DNA of 56,719 nt, filler included, from Sphacelaria rigidula (GCA_964200075.2; 5 parts of 5 records of this genome joined end to end with filler, not necessarily neighbours in it); one strand, 5' to 3'; counted from the whole stretch's first letter, positions 25,180 through 39,305 are shown. The notes: a model not told the origin generated them from the letters alone. Translations and numbers: made by a program.

Positions 25180-26352
25180 AAAAATAGAGAAAGCTAGTCG
25201 TCAACAGCTTTCAGCGTCCGGAGGGTTGGCCACGCAAGGGCACAAGGAGGCTGTTCAGCCTCCCCAACCTCGGGGGAGATAGCGCTCTACATGAGCCTAC
25301 GTTGCCTTAGAGGATGGCCCACGCAAGAGAGAACGAATTCGAGGTTTGTCTATAGTAAGGATGTCAAAAGCCCGCAAGACTGGATTATTGCGGCTAAGAA
25401 CGTGGGCGAATGGCGCCTGTGGATCGAGGAAGAGGCGGAGAAGTTCGAGGAGACGTAGAGATGCGAAGACCTGCGTCAATGGGACCTACGTCATGAGCAA
25501 GAGGCTGTTACGTTCAGAGACGCCAACAGGCCAGTCGCCGGTAACGGCACAACAAACTCCAAATATTGAAATTTCAGATCGTAATGAAATATGTGTAGTG
25601 AGAGCTAAATTTTGCGAATGCCGTTACGAATAAGGTGCTTGTGATACCTCCAAAACAAACGTGCTTTCATCTTGGTATATCCTGGTATTTGCGATTCGAG
25701 CCGTAGTTTTCATTATGTGCAAACTGCGCCCACGACCTTCCCCCCCCCCCGCCCCCCGATTCGATTTTTTGGCTTATCTTTTACGGGCTCCGTGCCTCAA
25801 GCCATGCCGCAGGATTCTAGCCATCTTGTGTGTGTGTGTGTGTGTTTTGTGCTTTTGTGCTTTTGTGTTTTGTGTGCTTTTGTGTGTGCGTATATTAATG
25901 TTTCCTGTTTTCGTTGTATACCTCATTAATGAGCTTGCTCTATCCTCTCTCATCTCTTCTGAACAGTGCTACGGTAGGAGTGCACTTTTTGCTCAAAGTC
26001 GTGTCTGGTTCAGGGGCTTGTAACCATTCTAGATGCGCAAGAATATGGATCAGGGAATCCCGCTGCAACTTCATTCGGGATATCCCCAGCACATTGGAAT
26101 AGTTATCCTGGCGTACTCTCACATGTTTTATGAGCCTTGTTTGGGTGAGATGAAGGGCTCCAAACAATTTCAACCTCAAAAAAGATGTGTGCACCCCTAC
26201 CGTACGTACCATCACTCTTTTCGTCTCCCCCGTTCACGAGCTTCCTTCAGCTGGTGTTCCCGTTGCCGGCCAACTTGCGCGCATCTATGTTGTGATACGA
26301 CTTGATCCCCGGGAGATCAGCGAATGTGTGACAATCAATCAAGCAATCAATC
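25180..26352 (+). mobile_element. Decayed RTE-like LINE 3' fragment with (CAAT)n tail
   Basis: The translation QDWIIAAKNVGEWRLWIEEEAEKFEET*RCEDLRQW resembles an RTE ORF2 C-terminus. It is followed by a T-rich 3' UTR ending in gatcagcgaatgtgtgacaatcaatcaagcaatcaat. Confidence 0.55.
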
Positions 26353-26689
26353 CGTCAGTACGGTTACCAACTCCGTATCAACAACAGCAGCAGCAGCGAT
26401 AGCCGATGTGGAATTCAAAGAAGAAGTGGTCGGGAGAGTAGCCTACTTTGCGCCTCTGAATAGGGGTGAGCAGGAGAGGCGGCAGTAGCAAGAACTCTGA
26501 GAAACCGTGTCGTATCCTTTCGGCTAGCTGTTCTCCTGTGCGTGTCCCGCTCTATCTGTTGGTACTTTCTCTGTCCCACTTCCTTTCCTTTCTCCCTTCC
26601 CTGCGATCTTCCTCATTTTCTCCTTGTGTGTCTCTCTCTCCTTTCGTTTTTCTGCCGTCTTCATGTTGGAGTATATCGCTCCTGTAGAG

Positions 26690-27190
26690 GCCGTGGGCGA
26701 GAGTTCGTGCTCAACTCGTGTGTCCCCCAGATAGCTGAGCCACAATAAGCCGCTTCCAAGACCTTGTTTGTTTGGTATAACTTGATGTTACACGTGTACG
26801 ACCTCCCTAACCGAAGCCGAGCGGCAGGGGCCAGCCCTTGCTCCTTGTCTGGGACGGGTAGGATATCTTACTCAGGCTGGCTTTTTCTCGTGTTTCTCTT
26901 TACTTCTCTTTTTCTTCTCTATATTCTTTTTTTTGCACTCCAATGTCATTTTCTGCGATTGCGTCTCTCCCGTACGTCTTTTTCCCCTTTTTCTGGCGAT
27001 CCATGTTGTTATTTTTGTGTTTTTTGTTCATCTTGTTATTTTTCTCGGTACGCCTTTCCCCTTTCTCGAGGTTCCTTCTGCCGGTGTTTTGCTTGTGTAC
27101 CTGGCGTAGTGGTATATGCGTTTTGTGATCACGGCTGATTCTCTAGCGATCAGTTCAAGTGCGACAATCAGCTAACCAATCAATCAATCG
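26690..27190 (+). mobile_element. LINE 3' UTR with (CAAT)n tail
   Basis: Pyrimidine/T-rich stretch ending in gatcacggctg...cagttcaagtgcgacaatcagctaaccaatcaatcaat. Confidence 0.55.
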
Positions 27191-28039
27191 AATTATCGGT
27201 CAATCGGGTGTATACACGACAGCAAACATACCGAAACGGTGTTGAAGGTTTCCAAAGCCACCGAAGACCCGATACGTACTCCACTCCAGCGTCCACGAGA
27301 GCGATGATCTCTGGGGAACTCGCGCCGGCGCTCCATCGAGGTTTAGGAGACGAATCCTAACCAGCGAAGTGAAGACGGGCAGCACAAGCTGACGATGACG
27401 GTGCAATAATAGGGTGTGCACCAGCGGGGGAAAAGCGACTAGAATACTAATAGTCACGTTCGAAACTCCGTCATACGCAAACGAAAAACTTTGCGCCCGC
27501 GCTCATCTGTAGAGTGCAGAATACTGGTCTACAAATAAGCGCCTTGTGGTCCTCAAAACGATCTTAGAGTGTACGAACACGTGAAGATAAAAAAAAATAG
27601 CGCGTCGACTAAAGAAAAACGAAGGCAAGTACAGAACCCGTGATGATGATATCAGATGTATTGTCGATGGGGACGACCCTGTGTGCAGACCATACGATAC
27701 AGCAGGATTTTGATCAAAGGAGATACAAAGGAAGCTCCGGTATGACACGGAACGTCTTGGTCCGGATCGCTCTTTCAACTTTTGTTCTTCAACAGTGAAA
27801 GTATGTCACAGTTTTAATAAAAGTATTTACACTTTTAATTCGTCATAGGACTTGAACTCAAATTATTGTCTAAAAAGAGTTGACAATGTCTTGAACATTA
27901 TAATAGACGGAAAAAAAAAAGATCGAATTGAACAAAACATACAAATACTTTTTTCATAGGTTCCTGTTTTAATTCGTCGACTAAATTTATCACTTTTTAT
28001 CGTCGCTACTACGCTCGTTTAGAATGTGTCAGGCCTGAC

Positions 28040-28550
28040 CAGAACACGGCTGGATGAGAGTGTGTTCCAAGTTGCCGCAGTCACGCGGCGGCTGGCTGCG
28101 CTACAAAAGGTCATCCTCCAGCATTTTTGCCGAAAAAAAACTCAACTACCCTGGTCGTTCAGCGCACTCGAGGAAAGCAGGTGTTATGCAGCGTCCTGAT
28201 CCCGATACGTGACCGGAACTCGCATCCGGTTTTGAGGGCTAGGATGTGCACAAGGATCCAGCGGAAACAGCGGTGATTATATCGGGACCATTGAACAACT
28301 TGTCACACAGCAATGCCGACAATACTTGTTTCTTTGTTATTGGAGCATGACGCACTGATCTTACCTTCGTAAACCCTCGCCGAGCCAAGGCCCTCCTTTG
28401 CGCGTGAACCGCCAAACATAGGCCCAGGAAGCTCCCCGACCCACAACTCTGTTGCACGAAATGGATGATTTCAGAGGGTAAAACGTCAATCAAGCATGTA
28501 TGAATTTCATGCTCAGGTAATCGTGAAGCTTGAGATGGTCGAATGGCCAC
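28040..28550 (-). pseudogene. Possible decayed F-box-like/ankyrin-like gene
   Basis: LIDVLPSEIIHFVQQSCGSGSFLGLCL is F-box-like, and a downstream CGNLEHTL is ankyrin-like. Intronless and frameshifted. Confidence 0.3.
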
Positions 28551-31309
28551 CCGGAACGATGAGTGGACGGGCCTGGGAGTGCACGACTCGGATCAGGCGT
28601 TGGCGATCGCCGTGACAGGTAAAAGGTGAAAACCGTCTGCAAAAGCTTAGCTGAGAACAAAATGCCATCGCGCTGGTGATGGACAAGCAACGGGCGTTCA
28701 CGGCCTTATGGTCTATTGCGGACGCTCCCGAACTAGTCACACAACACACCCAAAAGGTCTGTGGTAAGTGGTGCGAAGTGTCGCCACTTTGCGCAGGTAG
28801 AAGCTGTCCTCGTAAAGCCGAATCCCGGTGCATATATCGGAATAGATTCTCATCGAAGGAGATGGCAATATCGATAACCATGATATCAGGAGGAAATCGC
28901 CGCAAGAGTCTGTAGCGGACTCAAAACCCTCTTGACAAAATGAAGGTCACGCAGGTTGTAGAGGGCGTTCTGTTGTTGTATTGCGTGTCTTGTTCTACTC
29001 TTGAAATTACACCCTTGTCTTACGGCATCCGACTCTTATTTTATTCATCATTTTCCTTAGGAAAAATGCAAATTCGCGCGTGTGTTATTCCCCCCTTTTG
29101 TCACTTTTCCCCATTGCTAACCGTTTGTTTGTTCGCCTATATGTCATGTCTCGGAAGGTTAAGAGGACAAGACTCGCCTTTTGACTGTTTGTAGCAGACG
29201 CCTCGCGCACTTGGTTCTCGTATGCCACAACTGCGGTGACATGTCTGAGTGACTTGGCCTTGAGGTACTGGGTACATATCGATTCCTTCACGTCCCAAGG
29301 GGGGTTCATGAGCGGATCCAGCAGGAGACCGCGGCGTATCGTCATTTTCTCCTGCTCCCAACGGTGCGAAGGCGGAATGGTTCCAGCGTGGTGTTGGGCG
29401 CCTTGGTTTCAATGTTGCAGTTTGATGTGCAATAACGCCCTCGATTGCACAGAGTTTTTAAAATCTTCACTACACATGGGGCAACAGTCGTACACATCTA
29501 CAGTACAGGGTCCTGATGGAAGATCTAGGGGGTACAGAATGTGAACGTCGCCTGTAGGTGCTGCATGCACTCCGTGATCCGAATTCTGGAGCGCAACTGA
29601 GGTCAGCCCAAACCACTGCTGGCTGCAATAGTGTTAGGCCTTGGCTAGGAAACGTAGTATAATAGTCGCTTGACTTCACGTATGCAATTGCGAACTTGCT
29701 TGACTTTGCTTAGGATGCGAATGCTTATGTGCGCACACCTAGGCGCGATCGCAGTCCCGAAGATCTGCTACGGTCGCAGAATTTGGCTTATTAACAGGAT
29801 AATTACGATATGTGCAAGCGCGAAAGATTACACAAGGTCTGGACGCACGATCTTTGCGTCTCACCGCCGGGTTCTTCACTCATTTACTATCGCTTGCCTG
29901 TTCCTCCTTGGCCAGTCGTGCGGCCTTTCCCTTGGCCAGAAACACTTCTTTGGGATTAGCGGGGGATGACAGGGCTGGCCAAGGAGCGTGTCTTGCCGCC
30001 CACCTCGACCCGTCTGCCGCATCTTGTGCCGCCATGCTGAGGTCTCGTTGCCGTGCGCACCATATGCTGTCCGCCTAGGGTTTACGTCAGCGTCATGTCC
30101 CGGGGTGCGGGTACGCGTGAGCGATGGTGCTGTTCGGTTTGGGCTTTTCGGGCGAATATTTCAACGCGGTGTTTCTGGTCATTTATGAGCTCGGGGTAGG
30201 GTTTGGCGTATTGCATCGGCATAGCTTATGGGTTGCGCCAGACGAATGCTGGTCTTCTTTTTCAACCCATCGGATGCACTTCGAAACCCTCCCCTTCCTC
30301 GTGTGAAGAGTTCGTAGTGTCGAGGAATACCATCGCTTCCCCCGTACGTACTTGTCTTGCGAAGATTATTCTCCTCTGCCTGTTTTGCCCGCGGTGTTCA
30401 CTCATAATACGTACAATACATTTCGCTATCGAGAGCAAGTATGCTGTACCCTTGCAATGGGCGGCGCATCGTAGATGCGGTCATGCGCATCCTGAGGAAC
30501 CTGTGTAACACCACCTCTAGTCGTCAAAGAGTTCCCTTTAATAACACTCGAATTATACCGCGTGCTCTCGTAAAGCTCTCATATTTATACTCATTCATCG
30601 TCAGATATCATTTAATCTTTCAAGAAGCATTACATTCTAAACACTCCTGTACTGCATACACCCTCAGCGTTTGCATAGTGCCCTGGTAGCACTTGCAGCC
30701 CGCTGGCTGGAGCGCCTTCAGAACAAGCGTCGTTCGTGATACACAACACGCGGGAACTTCGTGCAGCAGCCGCAAACCTCAACGTCGATTCTCCTGTCAA
30801 CCTCCCTCTCCCACAGCCTACACAAAACCCGTTGACATGCGTGGAGCTGCAGACGCCGTCTCCTCCACCACCTCTGCAATCGTGCGAGCTGGACGTGTGC
30901 GTAAGCTACTCGATACGCCAGCAACTTCACCTTCGTCCCGAGATTTGATCTGCGGCGGGGAGTGATCCATTCATCGAAAAACAAAAATGGGAAACTGGCG
31001 CGGTTGCCCCCTTAGAGTGTAGTACTGTAGTTTGTACATGTGGGCTAGCTTTCAACCTATCGTAGACGGGGATGAGCACCCAAAATCTGAAAATGCTCCA
31101 GCATCGACTGTGTCCCCAGGAAATATCTTGGACGGCCAAAAGATCTCGTGCATGGACGGATCTCAACCAGACTTGCCAATGACTCAACCTGCTTCGGCAT
31201 CACTAGCATCGTAGGTACGAGAAGGTTTAGCCCAGAAAATGTTTACTCGGGACCTACAACCTGTGGCACTCACGGCATCCTCTTCTAAGGGACAAGATAG
31301 AAAATAGAG

Positions 31310-31655
31310 GAAAATAAGCACTCGGACGCAAAGTAGACGAGGAAGAACGACGGAAGATGTACGGGGGGTTGAGAGAGGGGAAAGGAAAGTGAGGGACGAA
31401 AACGAAGGTGGCATGGAATCGTTTGATGCACCAGACAGCAGCGAGAAAATAATGGCTATACTAGGAGGTAGATGGTGGTCACAAACGGCAAAACAGGACG
31501 GGGATAAGATATGTAAAAGATTTTGTGCAATGTATGGAAGAAACGTAACGAGCGCCGGAATGTTGAATTTCGCTCTATTAGGATTAGGAACGTTGGTCCG
31601 TCTCGAAAGGGATGCGTGATCAATGGTCGAACAACTAAGGCAAGCAAGGAATGGG
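31310..31655 (+). mobile_element. LINE ORF2 C-terminal remnant
   Basis: MESFDAPDSSEKIMAILGGRWWSQTAKQDGDKICKRF / CNVWKKRNERRNV...PSRKGCVINGRTTKASK. The same 3' end (ccgtctcgaaagggatgcgtg.tcaatggtc...actaaggcaagcaa) recurs at 34347-34400. Confidence 0.7.
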
Positions 31656-31659
31656 TACG

Positions 31660-31690
<31 letters not shown>

Positions 31691-31766
31691 ATCCCCGCAC
31701 TTCCTACACTAAAAACACCCTACCCCCCCCCAACCACACACACACAGAACACACCCNNNNNNNNNN

Positions 31767-32575
31767 CATAAGACCATTGACCTCGCATCCCTACAAAGCC
31801 GGGACGGAGCACGCCGGGTTTTCGCCGGGTCAGGCTCACCCCACTCACTGCATCAGCTAAGCAGCCAGGTCACCGCTTTTTCTCGCTGGCGTCTTTTTGG
31901 GGTCACCGTGATGGTGGTCGAGTTGGGACATGGTCGTACTATCCAGTGAATAACGGTGAGACACCCATGAAGCAGTGTAAAATGTGGCTGTCTCTGAAAT
32001 GGCGATATCAGTAAAGGAAGCAACTCATCTGAGGCTGTCATCCATATGCAAGATGATTAGTACGCTCTGGCCGAACGATCTTAACAGGATGCAGGTCAAC
32101 TCTTATGCGACTCGTCGATCACATCACGGCGCTTCGCGCTTGGTGGTTGAGAGCCTTGTCCGTCGAACGCCCGGCGTGCTCTGTCCCGGCTTTGTAGAGA
32201 GGCGAGGTCTAGGGTTTTACGACTATGACATGCAAAATCATGAATACCCCCTCCCAAACGAGCTGATACGGCGAGACACTCATGCGATATTGTGTAAGCC
32301 ATGTGGCTGTCTCTTGAAGTGGCGATACCAGTACATGAAGCAACTTACTGGAGGCTGCCATCAAAATGAAAATCAGTACACTTCGGACCAAACAATCTTA
32401 GCAGGATACAGGTCACCCTTCGTGCGACTCGCCGAACACACCACGACGCTCCGAGCTTGGTGATTGATTGCGAGCCTGGTCCGGCGGAATCCGGGCGTGC
32501 TCTGCACCGGCTTCGTAGGGATGCGAGGCCAATGGTCATATGACAATGGCATGCACGATCATGAGTACCCCCCCG
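31767..32575. repeat. Cluster of rearranged copies of the dispersed repeat, in both orientations
   Basis: A forward head at 31767-31850, then reverse-orientation segments carrying gagacacccatga..cagtgt and ccggcgtgctctg..ccggcttt/cgtag twice. Confidence 0.8.
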
Positions 32576-32877
32576 CCCCCCTCCCCTCCAACAAGCTGTT
32601 GTGGCGCTTTTCAATATAGTCGAGCGTAACAAGGTCCGACACGGAGACTTTTGTCGCGTGCGGTTGGTGCCTCTCACCTCTTGATGTCGCACAAAAACTT
32701 CAGCAGTACAGTGGTAGCCTCCCTATCTCGCTTAGTTTTCCAACTGCAGTAGCAGCAGCAACAACAACAAACCACCACCATCGAGATTGGCGAAGAACAG
32801 CTCAGCACTGTAATTGATTTGCCCCATCTTCAATAACGATGAAGTAGGAAATTGGACTAATGTGCGGAAACAGAAGT

Positions 32878-32894
32878 AACAATAATAATATTGA

Positions 32895-32960
<66 letters not shown>
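32878..32960 (+). repeat. (TAA)n microsatellite
   Basis: Direct inspection. Confidence 0.95.
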
Positions 32961-32961
<1 letters not shown>

Positions 32962-33834
32962 GATAATATTTTATTTCATTTTTTCCGTTCCCTTTTTTTT
33001 CAGTGAGTGTTCCAGTTTTGTTTATCTTGGGTACGTCTATCATGAGACCACGGCTGGACCCCCGGGGGGTCAGCTAAAGTGCGACAATCAATCTGTCAAT
33101 CAATGAGTATAAGTGGCGAGAGGACTAAACCAATATGCGCATGAACTTGCCATGCTCCACAAAATCAACACGCACATGCTACTGCGGTACACGAGGCCTC
33201 ATCCGGTCGACCTACTGCTAGCTACATGGAATCGGGCCGCTATCAAAATAAGTCACGTGCGCCCATTATTGATGTCGAAAATAATTGATTTCTCGAGGTT
33301 CTACTTTCTACCTATTTCCCTACAGGGGAATCAGCGTGCGGCCTTCAATTGAACCATTTTTCGCTCGCCAAGTTATGCTACGATAGGGGTGGGTGGGGGG
33401 GTGTTTAATTCCACGAAAAAATGGACTCATAAATGCTTCAGACGATCAAACACACTCGCAGCGCGCTTGTAGTTGGGTAAAAGCGGTGTCAAGCAGTATG
33501 AATGAGCGTTATTTATCGGAAGCAAGCGCATTTGAACAACCGTTGCTGCTATTAACGACGGTTTCAAGTAGAATTTCGTGGAAGAAAACGGCCCGAAATC
33601 CCCCCCCCTATCGTAGCATTACTCCGCCCCGGATATCGTATTTGAAACGTCATCAAGCCTTAGACACCTTTTTGCCCCTCTTCTTTTCTTTCTTGGTAGC
33701 GGTCCACCTCTGTAGCACCCTGAACGTAGCCCTAACCCGAAACATGGTCCCAACCTCAAAGCTAGGTGATGCATAGGAAGGAAAACAACTCCCAACGATA
33801 AGCCTGTACTGGTCTACAGTCATGAGGAGGTGGG

Positions 33835-33995
33835 TGTACTCATCATCATGCATGCCATAGTTACAAGAACATTGCCCTCGCATCCCTACAAAGCCAGGAC
33901 GGAGCATGCCGGGTTTTCGCCGGATCAGGCGTGCACTCAAACCACCAAGCGCGAAGCGCCGTAGTGTGCTCGGCGAGTCGCATGAAGGGTGAGCT
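33835..33995 (+). repeat. Dispersed repeat family head abutting the gap
   Basis: gtactcatcatcatgcatgccatag...cgcatccctacaaagccaggacggagcatgccggg...gcgcgaagcgccgtagtgtgctcggcgagtcg. Confidence 0.85.
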
Positions 33996-34235
33996 NNNNN
34001 NNNNNNNNNNNNNNNNNNNNNNNNNNNNNNNNNNNNNNNTTAATTAATTAANNNNNNNNNNNNNNNNNNNNNNNNNNNNNNNNNNNNNNNNNNNNTTTTT
34101 CTTATTTCTCCTCTGGTGGTTTCCTCCGTTGGGCGTTTCTCCGTTCGTATCCCCCCCACTACGATGAGCTTGTGACTGCGGCAGTATTCGTCGGGGATCA
34201 GTTCCTGTAATATACAACAACCCATCATATCCGAT

Positions 34236-34828
34236 TCAGTATACCACACCGCTTTCGCGAAGTCGAAGCGCCTGTCGTGGGATTAGTTCTGCACACGTAG
34301 CCCCCCTCCCCCTCCCTCCCTCCCTCCCTCCCTCCCTCCCCTGTGCTCCGTCTCGAAAGGGATGCGTGGTCAATGGTCAGACGACTAAGGCAAGCAACAC
34401 ATGAGAACGCCCCATGACAAAAGCATCGGATGTTGCAGTCGATATGTTCCACGTCGACGTGCAGACTCCAAGTCACGACGTCAACGCTACGATGCACTGC
34501 AATTCATGGCAGCGGAAATCACCCGAGTGCCTGGGTTTTCAGCTCGATGCAAGCATACCACTGAAGCCCTCGCTGCAGGTCAAAGTTCCACGACGCAACA
34601 CAACGCGACATCAGCGTATCTCACCACATTGTCGTACTGGGCCATCGGGCTAGTGCCATGTTTATGGCGAACCGCATCCTTCCCTTCCTTCCCTTCCTTC
34701 CCTTCCTTCCCTTCCTTCTCGTCGCGTGAAGACGCCTCCGCTCCCCTGTCCATGCTCTCATGCGCTCCTCTCCTCGCCTCCTCGGGCGCCGCCCCGCCGT
34801 TCGTGCTGCCCGTGAGCGCACAAGCTAT
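34236..34828 (-). CDS. Last two exons (34828-34625, 34271-34236) of an unidentified gene
   Basis: cag|IACALTGST...EKEGKEGKEGKEGKDAVRHKHGTSPMAQYDNV|gtgag is 204 nt, phase 0-0. It is followed by cag|ALRLRESGVVY-TGA. Confidence 0.55.
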
Positions 34829-37800
34829 CTGATCCTCCAGCTGAGTGCATGCAGTCACGCACACGCATGGGGGGGAGCCAGGTTTGGTCTAGTTCGAGAG
34901 GGTCGACGGGTGGGACAGTGTTGGGGCGTTTCAGCATGCCAACAAGGTTCGGTGTGGTGTTTGTGGTTTTGCGGTCGTGTGCTTCCGTTTCCTCAAGTTG
35001 GAAGGGAGTGTTGCGCATGAAGAGTCAGTGTCTCGGGACACGGACACGGAAAATAATGCTGGATTATAGGATAAACGTCTGGTCGCTCCTTTGTAATATT
35101 TCGCACAGTAACAAGAAATGTGGTGGGTACAATTTCGCCTCCCATTACTTTCATCTCGAAACCCCAACCGTTCTCACGATATCCCCTGTTTGAAATTCAA
35201 TATACTGTACTCCTAATTTCAGAAAAACCACATCAGGCCACTCTCTGAGACTGGGGGATTTCACCCGCAACCGTTGTTTGTTTATCCTCTCCTTACAGTG
35301 CTGGGGATAGAACCTAACAACACGTACGATATATGCATTAGTTCGCCTGGGGCGCGAAAACGGATCGGTTGGTTGGCAAAGTCGCCATTGAATAAAAGAC
35401 GGCGCTTCGGGAGGCATGCCGAACTCAATAGTCAATAGTATCTGATCTAGATGAAATTGGACAGCAAAACCTGCAGCAAAAGAGAATCTTTTATTGACAT
35501 CCAGTGCCGATATGCTACAGTACATATGCTGGTGCGTCTCTTTCAATCTTCGGGGGGGGGGGGGAAAGGCTACAACCACAGATGTGGTGCGACATGCGAC
35601 CGTGCAGAAGAGGCTAGGATGGTACACTACAGGACATCCACACAGATTGCTCGAGCCAACACTCCAAGACGCCAACCAATCGAACCTGATGGATCACATA
35701 CGAGAAGAACTCCTGCGCGTCTTGCTGCATCTTCCCGCTGTGGCAGACGCGATTGAACGCACTGAACAGCCCGCCCATGGCCTATCGGATTTAGAACATG
35801 AAGGGAGAACAGGAACAGGACGAGGCGAAACAAAATGCGGAGCAGATTACGCCAAACTTTACGTGGGGCACAAATCGAATGCATCTGGCAGGTGCGGGGC
35901 GGAGTCGAGCAGCTGGGCACGCCGGAATAGTACGGGCGCACCCGTATGTTATGCAGAATACGGCCATCAGAATGGCGAAGCTCAAATACTCCCACTAACT
36001 CAGGGCAGTTAGTTGTGCTTTTCCTCGCCGTCGTCGCCGTTGTTGTCCCTGTTGTTCTTGTGGCCTCCCTCGTACGGGGACGACAATTTTGTGTAAACAT
36101 ACGCCCCGCCAGATTTTGCCATCTCGAGATGCCCAACGATACTATAAACACCGAGAGATTGTGCCGTCTCGAGAGGGTGTCGGCACGCTTTCGCCGACTT
36201 TCGGCGTACGCGCTTTGACTTGGAGCCAAAGCAGCATGAAATCCTTCGCGTTTCCGAGTCTCCGCAGGGCTCAAGTCAGGTTGTGACGATTGTACGTGCT
36301 AGTTTCCAATTCGGCCAAAGGCTAGCTAGCCGGCGTGAACTCCAAACCGTCTACCTTCGCCAGAGTCCTCTCGAGACAGCAACCCTACAGTAGCCACTTG
36401 CTGCGAGGAGACATACCCCGTCTGGATTCCGATTTCTTTCACCAACGAGACAAACACCGCCAGAGGGGGGCCAACACGGGAACTTCCCGGATACGATCCT
36501 TATTTCCCCCCTCCTAACAGTGCTGCTGCTCGTGCTCGCGTTCTCGTTTCCCCGAGGGTATGCAACGATAGATGCAGTGGGGGAGGGGCAAGCCTATTCT
36601 TAGCTCGACTGATTCACGGCCGATACCCACCAACATATCGGGACACGACTCGAGCCCCACATCCTGGTCGAAACTGACCACACTTGAGGGAGGGCAAGAA
36701 CGAGCCAGTATACTGCGACCGTCCCAGACCACTCTCAACAACACACCCCAACACAACAACATGAGCGTGGAAGAACAAGACAACGACGCACACAGCAAGC
36801 CATGCATGCGGAAGGAACCTCAAGCAACAGGGCCGGCACTGAAGCAGAGACACGCCATGCACACCACACCACATCACACCCCCAGACACCAATTCGCACC
36901 TCGCTCGGATCCACCGCGTTCGATCTACCTAGAGCCACTCCACCGCCGGTCTTTACAACCGCGCGCCCGATGACGAGTCCGCCTGTGTCGTCCAAACATC
37001 CGTTGTGTGTGGACCGGGTGGGGCCAGTAGGAGTGAATGAGAGACGCCGTGACAGGCGGAGCGGGCAACAAATTACGCTACTATACGCCCCATTACTCAC
37101 CAACTCGACGTTTGTACAGAGATGCGACGCCTACCGCAAACATGTTTTAGCACAAGAGTTTAGTTGATCGAAAAAGAAAGGAGCCAGTTGCTTCTGCATA
37201 TCTTGATGCAAAACGGTCTTGTATCGTGGAGACGGACACATTGCGGAAAGGAAACATCCACACGAACGGAACGTAACATCCACGTTCCACCCAAGAAGAC
37301 GCCATGGAAAATAAACCTCGACATTAGGGCTGTGAACTGGCAGCTCTGGCCAGTGAAGTTTCAACAGGCCGCTATCACATCGATGTTTTCCCAGTTATTG
37401 TATCGCAGTTGAAAAAAAACGGCAAATCGGCGAGGGGACCTCGCGGGAGCGCCACCGGAGGCAAGAAACAAAATGCGATACTTTCCTCGTTTTCCCTTGA
37501 AAAAACGTGGATAGTTGTACAGAATGTGACTCCTCACATCGAGGAGTTGAGAGGCTCGGATGACATCAAAATCCCATTCAAAGCGGTGAGCGATTCGAAA
37601 GTCATTCATCTGTAGCGTGCACCAGCAGAGCCTCTCCGTGATGAGCGGAGGATGGGAACAAGAAACGCAAGGCTGGAAGCATGTATCTGATGTGGGGATG
37701 AGAACGCAAACCTAACCACACCCGGGCCGACAAACACGCATCCATGTAGTTGAACAGCATGAAGTCATTGTTTATCTTGTATAGAGTGGTTGCGGGTGAG

Positions 37801-38583
37801 CGTTTGTCATTGATTACGGTATCGGGTGTCGTGCAATGAAACGACCAACCTTGGCATATACCCGCTATATCACTTCGAGGTGTAGTGAGCATGTGCTCCA
37901 TCATGTTCGAAACACTCTTCACCATGCACGTGGTAATTGGCAATTGGGGTTTGGAGTTCGGCAGTTCAGCAACAAGCGCCCCGCCGTATATACAGTGAGT
38001 CACTACTCGCTTTTCCTTCTTCATTTTCCTCACTCGACGAACCAGCAGCTGTCGACCTACACGCTACGGCCGAAAAAAAACAAATAACTGCGGAACCGCG
38101 ACGTACCAACGGAGATGACGGGCCAAAAAACACAAGCAAAAAACACCTGCAGTAGTCAGCCAGTGACTGGCCCAGGGCAAACCCGTTCTTCATGGGCTAT
38201 GGTACCACCACAGGACGCCAGACCCATGCTTTACAAGGCGACCGAAACGCGGAAGACGAAGCATGAAGCTGTGTACCGCTGCCTCATGCGTCATCGCCGC
38301 AGGTAATTTCCGTCGACGGCTTCGAAGCGCTCTCCGTCTCAATGGATACCCCATATTCCTCTGCAACTATCAAGTGCAGGCCTCAAGTCTACCGTCACAT
38401 TGTACATGATGTTGTAAGCATGTTTTGTTGTAAACTCACCATACTAAAGTTGGTATAAAATAGCTGGTAACGGCAAACCTCAAATAAACTGGATAAACTG
38501 GCGCCCTCGTCGCCAGTTCCAGTTCAACTCCAGTTCCAGTTCAATAAATCCACAGTATAAACTGGTGGTCCACTTCACAGCCC

Positions 38584-38707
38584 GACTCAAAATACGAGGC
38601 GAAGCCGTGGATACGACAGGGTCACCTCGGGCCGTAAGCCTCCATGACTCAAAATACGAGGCGAAGCCGTGGATACGACAGCGTCACCTCGGGCCGTAAG
38701 CCTCCGT
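38584..38707 (+). repeat. Tandem duplication, 2 x 62 bp
   Basis: GACTCAAAATACGAGGCGAAGCCGTGGATACGACAG..CACCTCGGGCCGTAAGCCTCC occurs at 38584 and 38646. Confidence 0.95.
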
Positions 38708-39049
38708 GAAAAAGCTTTTACAGGCTGAAAAATGAGTCAACATACAACGAACGACAAAATGAGCGCAAGCACACACAACATGTGCACGGGGAACAAAAAA
38801 TCAAAACTAGACGAATATCGCTTGGGAGCAACAATTCTTCATCGCCTGAAACATCACCTTGGGCTGCCAACTTCAGCTTCGTCCGGCCTGCCATCGCGTC
38901 GGTAAGAGCAGCGAACGCCTGCCAGCCACGGAGAGATTGCCTCGGAACGCAAGCCTCGGGCCCCGTTAGATATGGCCGAGCTCGTTCGACTTGCCTATTT
39001 GCGAGAGTTGGGGTCGTACGTGGGGCCTCGTCATTCTTCGGGTAAAACA

Positions 39050-39305
39050 CTCAGGACTAATCAAAACGGCTGAAGAAGACGCAATATACCAGAGACTGAC
39101 CGACTGTGCCAGCATGTGGGGGTCTGGATGGGGAGGGGAGCGGGTATGTTGTCCAGTCGGCGACATTATCGTGCAACAGCGGCTACACTGAGACAACCGC
39201 TGCGTTCTTCAGGGATCACTCAATGTGTGATGATCAGTCAGTCAGTCAGTCAGTCAGTCAGTCAGTCAGTCAGTCAGTCAGTCAATCAATCAATCAATCA
39301 ATAAA
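39050..39305 (+). mobile_element. LINE/SINE 3' end with (CAGT)n/(CAAT)n tail
   Basis: gggatcactcaatgtgtgatgat followed by (CAGT)~11 and (CAAT)n, the same terminal style as the other non-LTR ends. Confidence 0.5.

Noticed and set aside
32732-33106. Poly-Tyr / poly-Ile ORFs
   Set aside because: Translations of a (TAA)n microsatellite.
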